Of a stretch of DNA of 64,000 bases, positions 55,077 to 64,000 are shown one piece after another. The stretch covers positions 5,786 to 69,785 of the forward strand of contig JBBQLD010000001.1 in NCBI GenBank assembly GCA_038327555.1, in the 5' to 3' direction. The position numbers and the translations under genes were made by a program. The first letter of the stretch is position 1. The number at the start of each line of letters is the position of its first letter. The notes under the pieces were generated by a model. That model made no database searches. It saw nothing but the letters and a program-made list of their open reading frames with translations, and had not been told where the DNA came from. Origin of the DNA: Chitinophagales bacterium. GTDB lineage: Bacteria > Bacteroidota > Bacteroidia > Chitinophagales > Saprospiraceae.

Positions 55077-56077
55077 AGCGGATTACCTTAAAAAACAGCC
55101 TCCCGATCAAATATTTTCTATTGGCAAGAATGCCGATAGCATCAATTCTATTTGCTATTTGTTGCCTAGTACCGCCTGTAAATGCCCAAGTGGAACTTAG
55201 TGCTGACAGTAATCATGTTGAAACCGGGAATCCGCTCGTCTTCCATTTACGCCTCCCGATTACCTTGGGTAAACCGGACACTTTAAATTTTGAGGTTTGG
55301 GAAAGTTTCCTGCCACAACAAAACATTGTAAATCAAACAGCATGGCAGAAAGACGGTGAGTTTATCAGTAAAACACTCACGGTTCTTTTTTTCGATGCGG
55401 ATTCAATACTAATCCCACCGCTGCCCGTCGCACTCCGAAATGGAGATACAATTTATGCTAATCCACTCCAGGTTATCGTGACAGCCACCCCTTCACCTGA
55501 CGACCTGAACGATATGGCTAACATTAAAGAGATCCATCGCGAACCATCGGATTGGACGGATACTTTGCCTGGGGTGTTGGGCGCTTTGCTTGTGTTGGCC
55601 ATTCTGGGTCTGTTATTTTGGCTGGTAAAACGCAAAGCACAAGCCAAAATCCAAAGCCAGAATTTTGAAATTCCCCCACGCGAACTTGCCCTGAAAAAAC
55701 TGAATGTGCTTACTCAAAAACAACTGACCGTCCATGGTTTTGTGAAAGAACACTACGCAGAGCTCACCTATATTCTTCGAGAATATTTGGAAAAAAGGTT
55801 TAGGATTCCCGCACTGGAATCCACGACGGAGGAGACGCTTGGGTATTTAAAAAACAGAGACATTGATGATTCGATGACCCAAAAACTCCAAATACTGCTT
55901 GAACAAGCTGATTTGGCCAAATTTGCCAAAATAATCCCGCCAGAATCCTTCCATACGGAGGCTTTGGAGCTTGCGAAAAAAATCATCCTGGAAACAAGCA
56001 CCGCGATAGAACCCCAAAACCCACCCCAGCAGCAGTCCTCAAATCCCCAAATCCCCAAATCACCAACCCCCCAATAA
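55073..56077 (+). CDS. membrane-anchored BatD-like/DUF4381-like protein
   Basis: 334 aa. Signal peptide, one central TM helix (LPGVLGALLVLAILGLLFWLV), helical C-terminal half. Overlaps the DUF58 stop by 4 nt and directly abuts batA. The family call is tentative. Confidence 0.5.
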   Translation: MKRITLKNSLPIKYFLLARMPIASILFAICCLVPPVNAQVELSADSNHVETGNPLVFHLRLPITLGKPDTLNFEVWESFLPQQNIVNQTAWQKDGEFISKTLTVLFFDADSILIPPLPVALRNGDTIYANPLQVIVTATPSPDDLNDMANIKEIHREPSDWTDTLPGVLGALLVLAILGLLFWLVKRKAQAKIQSQNFEIPPRELALKKLNVLTQKQLTVHGFVKEHYAELTYILREYLEKRFRIPALESTTEETLGYLKNRDIDDSMTQKLQILLEQADLAKFAKIIPPESFHTEALELAKKIILETSTAIEPQNPPQQQSSNPQIPKSPTPQ

Positions 56078-57052
56078 ATGACCCTCGCCGATCCTTTTTG
56101 GCTCTTGCTGTTTGTACCCCTTGCGTGGCTAATCAGGCGAAGGGACGCAGGTATTTCGCTTCGAATGCCACAGCCAAATAGTCCGATGGAAAACCCCAGT
56201 TTTCGCACAAAAATTCGCAGTAAACTTCCCTGGTTGCGTTGGCTTGCATTGTTTTTGTTGGTTATTGCCTTGGCTCGGCCACAACGTAAATGGGAGGAAG
56301 AAAAAATTAAAGCGGATGCACTAGACATTGTCTTGAGTATGGATATATCACCGTCTATGCTCAGTAAAGACTTTGAACCGGATAGGCTTACTGTTGCAAA
56401 AACCGTTGCAGCGGATTTTGTAGCCAAACGCCCGCATGACCGAATCGGTCTCGTTGCATTTTCTGCGGAAGCATTTACGCAGTGCCCGCTCACAACCGAT
56501 CGCCGCGTGGTACAAACATTTATCAACGAACTAACCGTTGGCCGCTTGGATGATGGCACCGCCATAGGAATGGGGCTGGCTACTGCAGTGAATCGGTTAA
56601 AAGACAGTCCTTCACGAAGTAAAATTGTGGTACTACTCACGGACGGAGAAAATAACGCAGGATATATTGCACCGCTTAAAGCAGCAGAAATAGCCCAGAC
56701 ACTTGGTGTTCGAGTTTATACGGTTGGAATTGGTACGGAGGGTGTGGTGGTGTCGCCGGCGCAGCGAAACCCGGATGGTTCCTATTCATTTGCGCCTCGG
56801 TTTATGAAATTTGATACGCAGTTGTTGGAAGAAATTGCAGCTACTACGGGTGGTAAATTTTACCGGGCCTTTTCAGCGCGAGATTTAGAGGCAATTTATG
56901 CAGAAATTGACCGCCTCGAAAAAACAAAAATCGAGGTAAGTACCGTTCGACGTACCACCGACTATTTCCACTGGTTTATCGGTGCCGCAGTTGTTTTGCT
57001 TTTAATAGAAATTTTGGGCATCTGGGGAATATTTCGCTCCGTAACGCCTTGA
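56078..57052 (+). CDS. batA: VWA domain protein BatA-like
   Basis: 324 aa. N-terminal TM helices, MIDAS DISPSM (DxSxS), LLTDGENNAG, C-terminal TM anchor. Confidence 0.8.
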   Translation: MTLADPFWLLLFVPLAWLIRRRDAGISLRMPQPNSPMENPSFRTKIRSKLPWLRWLALFLLVIALARPQRKWEEEKIKADALDIVLSMDISPSMLSKDFEPDRLTVAKTVAADFVAKRPHDRIGLVAFSAEAFTQCPLTTDRRVVQTFINELTVGRLDDGTAIGMGLATAVNRLKDSPSRSKIVVLLTDGENNAGYIAPLKAAEIAQTLGVRVYTVGIGTEGVVVSPAQRNPDGSYSFAPRFMKFDTQLLEEIAATTGGKFYRAFSARDLEAIYAEIDRLEKTKIEVSTVRRTTDYFHWFIGAAVVLLLIEILGIWGIFRSVTP

Positions 57053-57120
57053 TTTATAAAACAAAAAGTTCCAAGCGATACAATGACCACTTGGAACTTT
57101 TTACTTGGAATTTGATACGA

Positions 57121-57963
57121 TTAACCTTTCGCCATTTTCTCACATTCCGCTAATAAGAACTCAGCCTTTGGGCGGAAACGAATATTTGGGTCGTTGTCAG
57201 AGAAAGAGCGTTGAAGGAAGAGTTTTAGCTCAATTATTGCCGCAGCGTAGCGTTTTGCGTGGAAGAGACAATCCGCTTTGCGCAAGCGGGCCAACCAGTA
57301 AATGGGTTGCACAGCCAGCGAGCGGTCAATGGTATTCTGAAAATCAAGAATGGCACTATCCCACTCATTTTTCAGCATATTCACCTTGCCACGGCCAAAA
57401 TAAGGCTCGGGGTTGTGTGCATAAATCGCAATGCTTTTAGTGAAGTCATACAATGCGTCGTTGTAGTTTTTAAGTTTGTAATTCACATAACCACGACGTT
57501 CGTAAGCAAGTGCATTGCGCTCATATTTTTCGATGGCATTGGTAAGTGCTTCGGAAGCTTGCTCCATACCGCCTTGCTGCACGAGTTCGCAACCACGCAG
57601 GTATTCGGTTACCGCAACCTTATCGGTTTTGGGCTCAATAAGGTGCTGATCAAGTACTTTACCGCCAGCAACCCACCACGCGCCAACATTGCCTGCGAGG
57701 GCATATTGCGCTACTTCGTAGAGCAATGCAGTAGTACTGCGCCAGCGTTTTTGTGAACTCATTAGTGTTTGCTGAGGCACGGTGAGCGAGTAGCCCTCTT
57801 CACTGAAGATTTGCTCTGCTGTGAACAAGACATCAGATTTGAAGTAGGTATCCACACGGGTATTCCAGTGCTTCAACACCATATCATAGGCTCTTTGTGA
57901 ACCAAATTCAAGGCGGCCTCTGAAAACCACCTTTAGCTGTAATGCTTGCTGCTGTAGAGTCAT
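57121..57963 (-). CDS. TPR-repeat protein
   Basis: 280 aa. The C-terminal half has TPR-like repeats (AYERRGYVNYKLKNYNDALYDFTKSI, PYFGRGKVNMLKNEWDSAILDF). The N-terminal ~120 aa are unassigned. Confidence 0.6.
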   Translation of the reverse strand: MTLQQQALQLKVVFRGRLEFGSQRAYDMVLKHWNTRVDTYFKSDVLFTAEQIFSEEGYSLTVPQQTLMSSQKRWRSTTALLYEVAQYALAGNVGAWWVAGGKVLDQHLIEPKTDKVAVTEYLRGCELVQQGGMEQASEALTNAIEKYERNALAYERRGYVNYKLKNYNDALYDFTKSIAIYAHNPEPYFGRGKVNMLKNEWDSAILDFQNTIDRSLAVQPIYWLARLRKADCLFHAKRYAAAIIELKLFLQRSFSDNDPNIRFRPKAEFLLAECEKMAKG

Positions 57964-58436
57964 CCTGCTTGCTGTTTTTGCTTATGAATCGTTTTCAATT
58001 GGCGGGCTGTATGGATAGCTGATTCTCCAAAGGTATTGTGCAAATCTCCACACAAACCAAATTAGCGCAGACTGTGATGTGCTTTTACAAACAGGAGTAA
58101 GGGGGCTTACATAACCTGTTGAAAAAGGACTAACGCTGCTTTAAACAACACAGTTAAGGTGTGTGTTGTTGCATGCTAAATACACGAAATCGTTGAATTA
58201 TACCCTACTGATAAGATAGCCAGGATGGAATGCGATTAAAATTCCCAGCTATTTAAGGTCTGCTTTCCCAAAAGCAGTAACAAAGGTGCCAAATTCTTCC
58301 TGGCTAAACAAGCGAATAGACATATTTCTATAAAAAATATTTTTTGTTTTAAAGCACTTAAAACAAATTAATGTTTATCTGCAAGGCAAATTAAGAAGGC
58401 CAAACAAAATAATAAAAACAAAAAAGACTAAAATAC

Positions 58437-58476
58437 AAAAGGCCCATTTTGCATAATCTGCAAAATGGGCCTTTTT
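58437..58476. terminator. bidirectional terminator downstream of dnaN
   Basis: aaaaggcccattttgca-taatc-tgcaaaatgggcctttt, a perfect 13-bp GC-containing stem flanked by A and T runs. Confidence 0.8.
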
Positions 58477-58508
58477 GTATTGGTAAATGTTCTTAGGAAC
58501 GGGCAAAT

Positions 58509-59627
58509 TCAGTTATTTAGCATTACAGGCATTACCAGCATCAAAATGTCACGGTCATTGCTATTCTCTTCTACGGGGGTAAGGATGCCCGCTCGACTTG
58601 GGCTGCTAAATTCCATCTGGACTTCATCGGAATCTAGAATACCAAGCATTTCCGCAAGAAACCGGGCATTGAAGGCTATTTTCATAGGAGCCCCATTGTA
58701 GGTGCAGGGGATTTGCTCGGTGGCCTCGTTGGAAAAATCGAGGTCTTGCGCACTGACCGTCAAGCTTTTGTCCGTGAGTTCAAACACCACCTGATTCGTG
58801 GTTTTGTTGGCATAAATGGCGATGCGCTTCAACGAATTTTGGAAGTCGCTGCGGTTCGCTGTCATGTTGTTTGGGTTGTCTATCGGGATGACGGCGTTGT
58901 AGTCCGGGTAACGGGCGTCAATAAGTCTGCAAACAAGTTTCATACCACCAAAGGCAAAAAAGGCATTGGCTTTATTGAAAGAAATCACCACCCCTTCTCC
59001 GCCTGGAAGGGCATTTTTTAGCAGGTTTAAGGCTTTTTTAGGTATTATGAAGGTGGTGCTTACTTCACCTGCGAGATGGTGGGTGCTGTATTTCACGAGT
59101 TTGTGTGCATCCGTGGCAACACAGGTCAATTTGTCATTTTCGATTTGGAAATACACTCCAGTCATGGCGGGCCGAAGCTCATCAGCGGAGGTAGCGAATA
59201 CCGTATTATTTATAGCATCAAGCAAATATTTGCTATTAATTTTCACCGTATCTACACCATCTGGTTCGGGAATATTTGGAAATTCCTCTCCGTTTTCTCC
59301 TGCTAGTTTATATTTACCATACGAGGAGGTAATCTCAATATTCCAATTTTCTGGATTTACATTGAAGGTGATCGGCTGCTGCGGCAGGGCCTTAAGCGTA
59401 TCGAGTAAAATTTTGGCGGGAACAGCCACCGAGAAATTGTCGTCAGCCAGCACTTCAATGGTCGTGGAGATGCTAGTTTCCAGATCTGTGGCAGCAATTG
59501 TAAGTTTTTTGTCTTCGATTTTGAAAAGAAAATCCTCCAATATGGGCAACACAGGGTTGGAGCCGATGGCGCCATTGGCTATTTGGATTTGCTTAAGGAG
59601 TTCAGAAGAGGAGACGCTAAATTTCAT
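58509..59627 (-). CDS. dnaN: DNA polymerase III beta sliding clamp
   Basis: 372 aa. MKFSVSSSELLKQIQIANGAI...LPILEDFLF...LTIAATDLE. Three-domain length and the C-terminal MPVML motif. Confidence 0.93.
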   Translation of the reverse strand: MKFSVSSSELLKQIQIANGAIGSNPVLPILEDFLFKIEDKKLTIAATDLETSISTTIEVLADDNFSVAVPAKILLDTLKALPQQPITFNVNPENWNIEITSSYGKYKLAGENGEEFPNIPEPDGVDTVKINSKYLLDAINNTVFATSADELRPAMTGVYFQIENDKLTCVATDAHKLVKYSTHHLAGEVSTTFIIPKKALNLLKNALPGGEGVVISFNKANAFFAFGGMKLVCRLIDARYPDYNAVIPIDNPNNMTANRSDFQNSLKRIAIYANKTTNQVVFELTDKSLTVSAQDLDFSNEATEQIPCTYNGAPMKIAFNARFLAEMLGILDSDEVQMEFSSPSRAGILTPVEENSNDRDILMLVMPVMLNN

Positions 59628-59742
59628 CGAAAGGAGTGTTTGAGTCTTGGGCGTTTTAGAATACTAAATGCCTAAGGGCTAGAAAATCAGACAGCAAAAG
59701 TAACGGCTTATGGTGGGGTATTTTTTTAAAGAAATTAACAAA

Positions 59743-59751
59743 TTGTGGAAA
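59743..59751 (-). promoter_or_regulatory. single DnaA-box-like 9-mer upstream of dnaN
   Basis: tgtggaaaa is the reverse complement of TTTTCCACA (1 mismatch to TTATCCACA), about 120 bp upstream of the dnaN start. Confidence 0.3.
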
Positions 59752-59875
59752 AAACGAAGAAAATCTACCTTTGCCCTCTTTTTTGTACTCGGATTCAGGG
59801 TAGTTTAAGCACTCGTGCCTAAAACTTGGCAATCTTTGCCCCCAAAGCACCCATTTATTAACACAAACACATAAA

Positions 59876-61162
59876 ATGCTCAACCGAAAAACCGCCCCCG
59901 AAATCTATGAGGTGAGTCATCTTACGCTGCCGCGACCGGAAGTAATGTACTTGGATAATGGAATTCCGGTTTACATACTGGATTTTCCAGGGCAGGAGAT
60001 TGTAAAGATTGAGGCTGTGTTTCGCACCGGACGCCCGGAAGAAGAAAAGCGGTTGGCCGCTCGAGCTACAGCCAGACTTTTGCGCGATGGTACGCTGCAA
60101 AAATCAGGCGCGGAAATCGCAGAACATCTTGATTTTTATGGGGCATCCGTGACCATACCCACCAATTTAGACACCACAAGCTTTGTCCTTTTTTCCTTAA
60201 AAAAGTATGCCCACGAGGTAATACCGACTTTTGCTGAAATGCTTCTGTCGCCGTCGTTTCCCGAAGATGAGCTTGAAAATTTCCGCCGAACAAACATCCA
60301 AGAACTGCTGGTTGAACTTGAAAAAGGAGAAACTGTAGCCTATAGAAAAGTGACCGAGCTAATCTTTGGGGAGCACCATCCGTATGGATATAACTCTATG
60401 CCAGAGGATTACACAGCGATTCAACGAGCAGACCTTCAACATTTTTTCGATACTTGGTATACCCCCTCAAATTGCCTGCTTTTTGCCAGCGGGCGTATTG
60501 ATGAAGAAATTTTTGGTATGCTAAATCAGCATCTTGGACAAAAAAACAGCACAGCAATGACGAGGATTGGGGCCTCAATGGAAGAAAAGTACCCGCCAGC
60601 CCTTAAACCGTCGTCGTATACTGTTCATGTTCCTTTACCAAGCTCGCTTCAGACGGCTATAAAGATTGGTCGCAAACTTTTTGACCGAACTCATCCAGAT
60701 TTCAACGGGCTTGTGGTGTTGAATACGCTGCTTGGCGGTTATTTTGGCTCCAGGCTGATGACTAACATTCGCGAAAAAAAGGGCTTCACGTACAATATTT
60801 ACTCTTCTGTGGATGCTTATGCGCTTGATGGTTGTCTCTATATCGCTACGGAGGTTAGTCCAGAAAAGTCGGCTGCCGCAGTACGGGCTATTTTCAGAGA
60901 ACTGAAAAAACTCCGCGAAACACCTGTCCCGGAAGAGGAACTTAGTATGGTGCGTAACTACATTTTAGGTATGTTACTCAACGGGTTAGATGGCCCCATT
61001 AATAGTTCAGATATGGTGCGCAACCAGATTGTGGAGTACCAATCTCCTGAAAATTTTGAGACACTGGTTCAGACGGTTCGAAGCATTACTGCCGATTCGC
61101 TTCAATCGTTGGCGCAGCAGTATCTACAACAGAAAGACTTTTGGGTGGTTACAGTGGGGTAG
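59876..61162 (+). CDS. M16 (pitrilysin) family protein lacking the HxxEH zinc motif
   Basis: 428 aa. M16 fold features (YGASVTIPTNLDTTSF, GGYFGSRLMTNIREKKGFTYNIYS). RATARLLRDGT sits where G-x-x-HxxEH-x-x-F-x-GT is expected. Confidence 0.75.
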   Translation: MLNRKTAPEIYEVSHLTLPRPEVMYLDNGIPVYILDFPGQEIVKIEAVFRTGRPEEEKRLAARATARLLRDGTLQKSGAEIAEHLDFYGASVTIPTNLDTTSFVLFSLKKYAHEVIPTFAEMLLSPSFPEDELENFRRTNIQELLVELEKGETVAYRKVTELIFGEHHPYGYNSMPEDYTAIQRADLQHFFDTWYTPSNCLLFASGRIDEEIFGMLNQHLGQKNSTAMTRIGASMEEKYPPALKPSSYTVHVPLPSSLQTAIKIGRKLFDRTHPDFNGLVVLNTLLGGYFGSRLMTNIREKKGFTYNIYSSVDAYALDGCLYIATEVSPEKSAAAVRAIFRELKKLRETPVPEEELSMVRNYILGMLLNGLDGPINSSDMVRNQIVEYQSPENFETLVQTVRSITADSLQSLAQQYLQQKDFWVVTVG

Positions 61163-61308
61163 AGCATTCACAGAAACAATTATTTCATTAGTACTTATCA
61201 AAATTTAAAGCATTTATTTGGCAAAAAAATCCCCATAAATCTGCTTACTTTTGCGCACTTTTTTGTGCAAATCCGATTTGACTCACATTTAATAAATAGC
61301 CCAATATT

Positions 61309-62343
61309 TTGTTCAATCTCTTCAAACTTTTCAAGCAAGAACTAGCCGTTGACCTCGGAACGGCCAACACGCTCATCATGGTAGACGATATCGTGGTAGT
61401 AGATGAGCCATCAATCGTGGCAATGGATCGTGCGACCAAACAAACCATAGCTGTAGGCCATCGTGCCATGCAGATGCACGAAAAAACACACGAAAACATC
61501 AAAACGGTGCGACCGCTCAAAGATGGCGTGATTGCTGACTTCCAGGCCGCTGAAGCCATGATTCAGGGCATGATAAAAATGGTGGGCCGGCGTCGGAATA
61601 TGTTTAGCCACCTCAAAATGGTAATTTGTATTCCAAGCGGTATCACAGAGGTGGAAAAACGGGCGGTATTTGATTCTGCTGACCACGTCGATAGCAAGGA
61701 GACGTACCTCATACACGAGCCCATGGCCGCAGCACTTGGCATTGGCCTCAATATTGAGGAACCTATTGGAAATATGATCATTGACATCGGTGGGGGTACT
61801 ACGGAAATTGCCGTTATAGCATTGTCAGGCATCGTGTGCGATCAAAGTATCCGTATTGCTGGGGATGAATTGACCAACGATATCATGAATTACATGAAGC
61901 GCGAGCATAATATCCTCATTGGCGAGCGCACTTCAGAACAGATTAAAATTCATGTAGGCTCTGCCCTCCATGAACTCGACAATCCGCCACCAGATTATGC
62001 TGTAAATGGCCGCGACTTAATGACGGGCATACCTAAGCAAATTAAAATTGGATATCAGGAAGTGGCTTACGCACTCGACAAAAGCATTAGCAAAATTGAA
62101 GATGCGGTACTTCGCGCCCTTGAGCTCACACCACCAGAATTAGCCTCTGACATTTATAAAACCGGGCTTTATCTAACTGGGGGCGGGGCACTACTCCGTG
62201 GCCTTGATAAGCGTCTGGAGTCAAAGACAAAACTGAATGTTCATGTAGCAGATGATCCGCTACGTGCAGTAGTGCGTGGCACAGGTATGGCACTCCGAAA
62301 TACCCATCAATATTCATTCCTGATTGATCGCAAAAGCGTGTAA
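61309..62343 (+). CDS. mreB: rod shape-determining protein MreB
   Basis: 344 aa (TTG start in the track). LAVDLGTANTLI, PLKDGVIADF, DIGGGTTEIAVI and LTGGGALLRGLD actin-fold motifs. Confidence 0.95.
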   Translation: MFNLFKLFKQELAVDLGTANTLIMVDDIVVVDEPSIVAMDRATKQTIAVGHRAMQMHEKTHENIKTVRPLKDGVIADFQAAEAMIQGMIKMVGRRRNMFSHLKMVICIPSGITEVEKRAVFDSADHVDSKETYLIHEPMAAALGIGLNIEEPIGNMIIDIGGGTTEIAVIALSGIVCDQSIRIAGDELTNDIMNYMKREHNILIGERTSEQIKIHVGSALHELDNPPPDYAVNGRDLMTGIPKQIKIGYQEVAYALDKSISKIEDAVLRALELTPPELASDIYKTGLYLTGGGALLRGLDKRLESKTKLNVHVADDPLRAVVRGTGMALRNTHQYSFLIDRKSV

Positions 62344-62346
62344 TTT

Positions 62347-62539
62347 AACTATGAACTAGGAAGTATAAACTATGAAGTATGATGTATGAACTATGATGTA
62401 ATTTTTGAGGGCAGGTGGACTTCCAATTCCCCAAGCTATGTCATAGTTCATACTTCATAGTTCATACATCATACTTCATAGTTCATACTTCATAGTTCAT
62501 ACATCATACTTCATACTTCATACATCATACTTCATAGTT
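62347..62539. repeat. inverted arrays of 7-bp tandem repeats (CATAGTT/CATACTT/CATACAT) in the mreB-mreC spacer
   Basis: Right arm has 14 consecutive heptads at 62442-62539. Left arm has about 7.7 reverse-complement heptads (AACTATG/AAGTATG/ATGTATG) at 62347-62400. A unique 41-nt spacer lies between them. Confidence 0.95.
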
Positions 62540-62545
62540 CTTCCC

Positions 62546-63433
62546 ATGGGTCGCCTACTACAACTTCTGCTTCGCAATGGGGGCTTCGTGACATTCCTGC
62601 TTGTAGAGTTGGGGTGTTTTGCCATCATGGTGAATTTCAATGGGCGACAAGGCGAAATCTGGGCAAATACAACTGGAATCTTTGGTGGTCGAGCGCTAGA
62701 AAAGCGACAAATGGCATCCGACTACTTTAGTCTTTACGAAACGGCAGATAGTCTTGCACATGTTGTAGACAGTCTCCAGGCACGCCTTTCGAATGCACGA
62801 CAAATGCAAGTGCCTGTTCGCGACACTTTTTTTCTTGTCAATTACGATTCGCTCTCCAAAACAGACTCTGTACGGCGCAAAACGGTACGACCCCAATATG
62901 GGTTTATTACCGCAAAAGCCATTAAAAACTCGATCTCTGGGGCTAATAACTGGGTGATCATCAACCGGGGCACCCATGATGGTATTCAACCAGATATGGC
63001 TGTGGTCAGTCCGGCAGGTATTGTGGGTATTGTTCGGCATGTGAGTTCCAACTTCTCCTTAGTGATGTCAGTGTTGCACCAACAAGCCAAAATATCGGTC
63101 TCGTTGCCGAATCAGAAAAATGCTTTTGGTTCGCTAACCTGGGAGGGCGGAAATCCAAGTCAGATGACCTTACGCTACATTCCGCAGCATTTTGTAGTGA
63201 AAGAAAATGAGCCGGTTGTAACAAGCGGATACTCCCTGATGTTTCCTCAAGGCCATCCTGTTGGTACAGTGATCGGCGTACCTAAAGCCGACCCTGAAAA
63301 CCCCTACTTTTTGGAAATCAACGTAAGACTTAGTCAAGACATGTCTACTGTGCGAGATGTAGCGGTGGTTTACAATTTGTTCGGCCCGGAATTAGATAGC
63401 TTACAACTAAAAATTAGTAGCAATGAACGGTAG
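62546..63433 (+). CDS. mreC: rod shape-determining protein MreC
   Basis: 295 aa. N-terminal TM helix, coiled-coil segment, beta-rich C-terminal domain (VVSPAGIVGIV, PVVTSGYSLMFPQGHPVG). Positioned after mreB. Confidence 0.85.
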   Translation: MGRLLQLLLRNGGFVTFLLVELGCFAIMVNFNGRQGEIWANTTGIFGGRALEKRQMASDYFSLYETADSLAHVVDSLQARLSNARQMQVPVRDTFFLVNYDSLSKTDSVRRKTVRPQYGFITAKAIKNSISGANNWVIINRGTHDGIQPDMAVVSPAGIVGIVRHVSSNFSLVMSVLHQQAKISVSLPNQKNAFGSLTWEGGNPSQMTLRYIPQHFVVKENEPVVTSGYSLMFPQGHPVGTVIGVPKADPENPYFLEINVRLSQDMSTVRDVAVVYNLFGPELDSLQLKISSNER

Positions 63434-63944
63434 CAGTATCTATCCACATATTCTGCGATTTATTGGGTTGGTGGCACTGCAGTCGTTGCTGCTCAATCAA
63501 ATGACCTTAAGTGTTGGACCGTATTTTAATGTACTGCTCTATCCCTTATTCATTCTTTTTTTGCCCCTGCAAATGCCTACTCCATACCTGATACTTTTGG
63601 GCTTTACCGTAGGAATGGCTGTTGATGCTACAGTGCCTTCCTGGGGGGTACATGCAAGTGCTGGAGCTTTTAGCGGATTCATAAGAAGTCTTGCATTTTT
63701 GCCCTTTGCGCCCAAAGGAGGCTTTTCGCCCAAAGACCCAATTTTTGCTCCTGCGCACATGGGCTGGCAGACGTTCATTAATGGCACGGCACTATTTATG
63801 GCGGCGCACATATTTTGGTATTTTTCGTTCAGTTATTTCGCACCAGTTTTTGCTGGGGAAATTTTGAAAAAAACCTTAGCAGCCTGGTTGCTGACCATGT
63901 TATTTGTAGCACTTTACGCTATGATGTTTAATCCGAAGAAATAA
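63423..63944 (+). CDS. mreD: rod shape-determining protein MreD-like
   Basis: 173 aa, 5 hydrophobic helices. Overlaps the mreC stop by 11 nt. Position in the mreBCD operon supports the call. Confidence 0.6.
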   Translation: MNGSSIYPHILRFIGLVALQSLLLNQMTLSVGPYFNVLLYPLFILFLPLQMPTPYLILLGFTVGMAVDATVPSWGVHASAGAFSGFIRSLAFLPFAPKGGFSPKDPIFAPAHMGWQTFINGTALFMAAHIFWYFSFSYFAPVFAGEILKKTLAAWLLTMLFVALYAMMFNPKK

Positions 63945-64000
63945 ATGTTGGCCCTTAAATTTCACCAGGCGTCAAAAGCCAAGCCTCAACGGTAAAAAGC

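Noticed and set aside
55768-56640. Long 290-aa minus-strand ORF.
   Set aside because: It lies antisense to two well-supported genes (BatD-like and VWA batA) and spans their junction. Its Ser/Arg/Ala-rich composition has no motifs. It is a typical shadow ORF.
58966-59643. 225-aa plus-strand ORF.
   Set aside because: It is entirely antisense to dnaN, whose identity is clear, and its product is low-complexity Ser/Leu-rich.
1-64000. Search for mobile elements, prophage, toxin-antitoxin or known defence systems.
   Set aside because: No transposase, integrase, recombinase, restriction-modification, cyclase/effector, NTPase-nuclease pairs or phage structural genes were recognisable in any listed ORF. 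The window reads as core chromosome.

Overview
This is a chromosomal segment from a member of the Bacteroidota. The evidence is a type IX secretion (T9SS) locus with porU and porV, CTD-bearing cargo, a Tat-signal GH109-like oxidoreductase and a partial Bat/aerotolerance operon. I support about 50 protein-coding genes, most of them housekeeping: pyk, acpP, purD, truA, trxB, smpB, holB, ricT-like, dnaN, mreBCD, hemW, ctaA and yidD. I did not recognise any rRNA, tRNA, tmRNA, CRISPR array, transposase, integrase or known defence module. I also cannot point to a convincing new multi-gene protein system.

The features the gene map does not explain are mostly non-coding:
- A dense DnaA-box cluster with a flanking AT-rich tract sits in a 689-bp gene-free gap at 29.6-30.3 kb. 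It is a candidate oriC or DnaA-regulatory locus.
- Nine tandem copies of a 28-bp hairpin unit abut an orphan response-regulator gene. The same palindrome core recurs in front of a Crp/Fnr-family gene.
- Inverted arrays of 7-bp repeats fill the mreB-mreC spacer.
- Several distinct long palindromic intergenic element families are present.

Protein-level oddities:
- A dihydroorotase homologue has lost all its metal ligands.
- The T9SS locus carries an uncharacterised divergent lipoprotein and a PorW/SprE-like TPR lipoprotein with a poly-lysine insert.
- Two tandem mini-lipoprotein sORFs lie upstream of a 1558-aa HYR/dockerin/cohesin-like T9SS cargo gene.
- An S8 protease with two SH3b-like domains has no signal peptide.

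All functional calls rest on motif recognition by eye. No database search was run.
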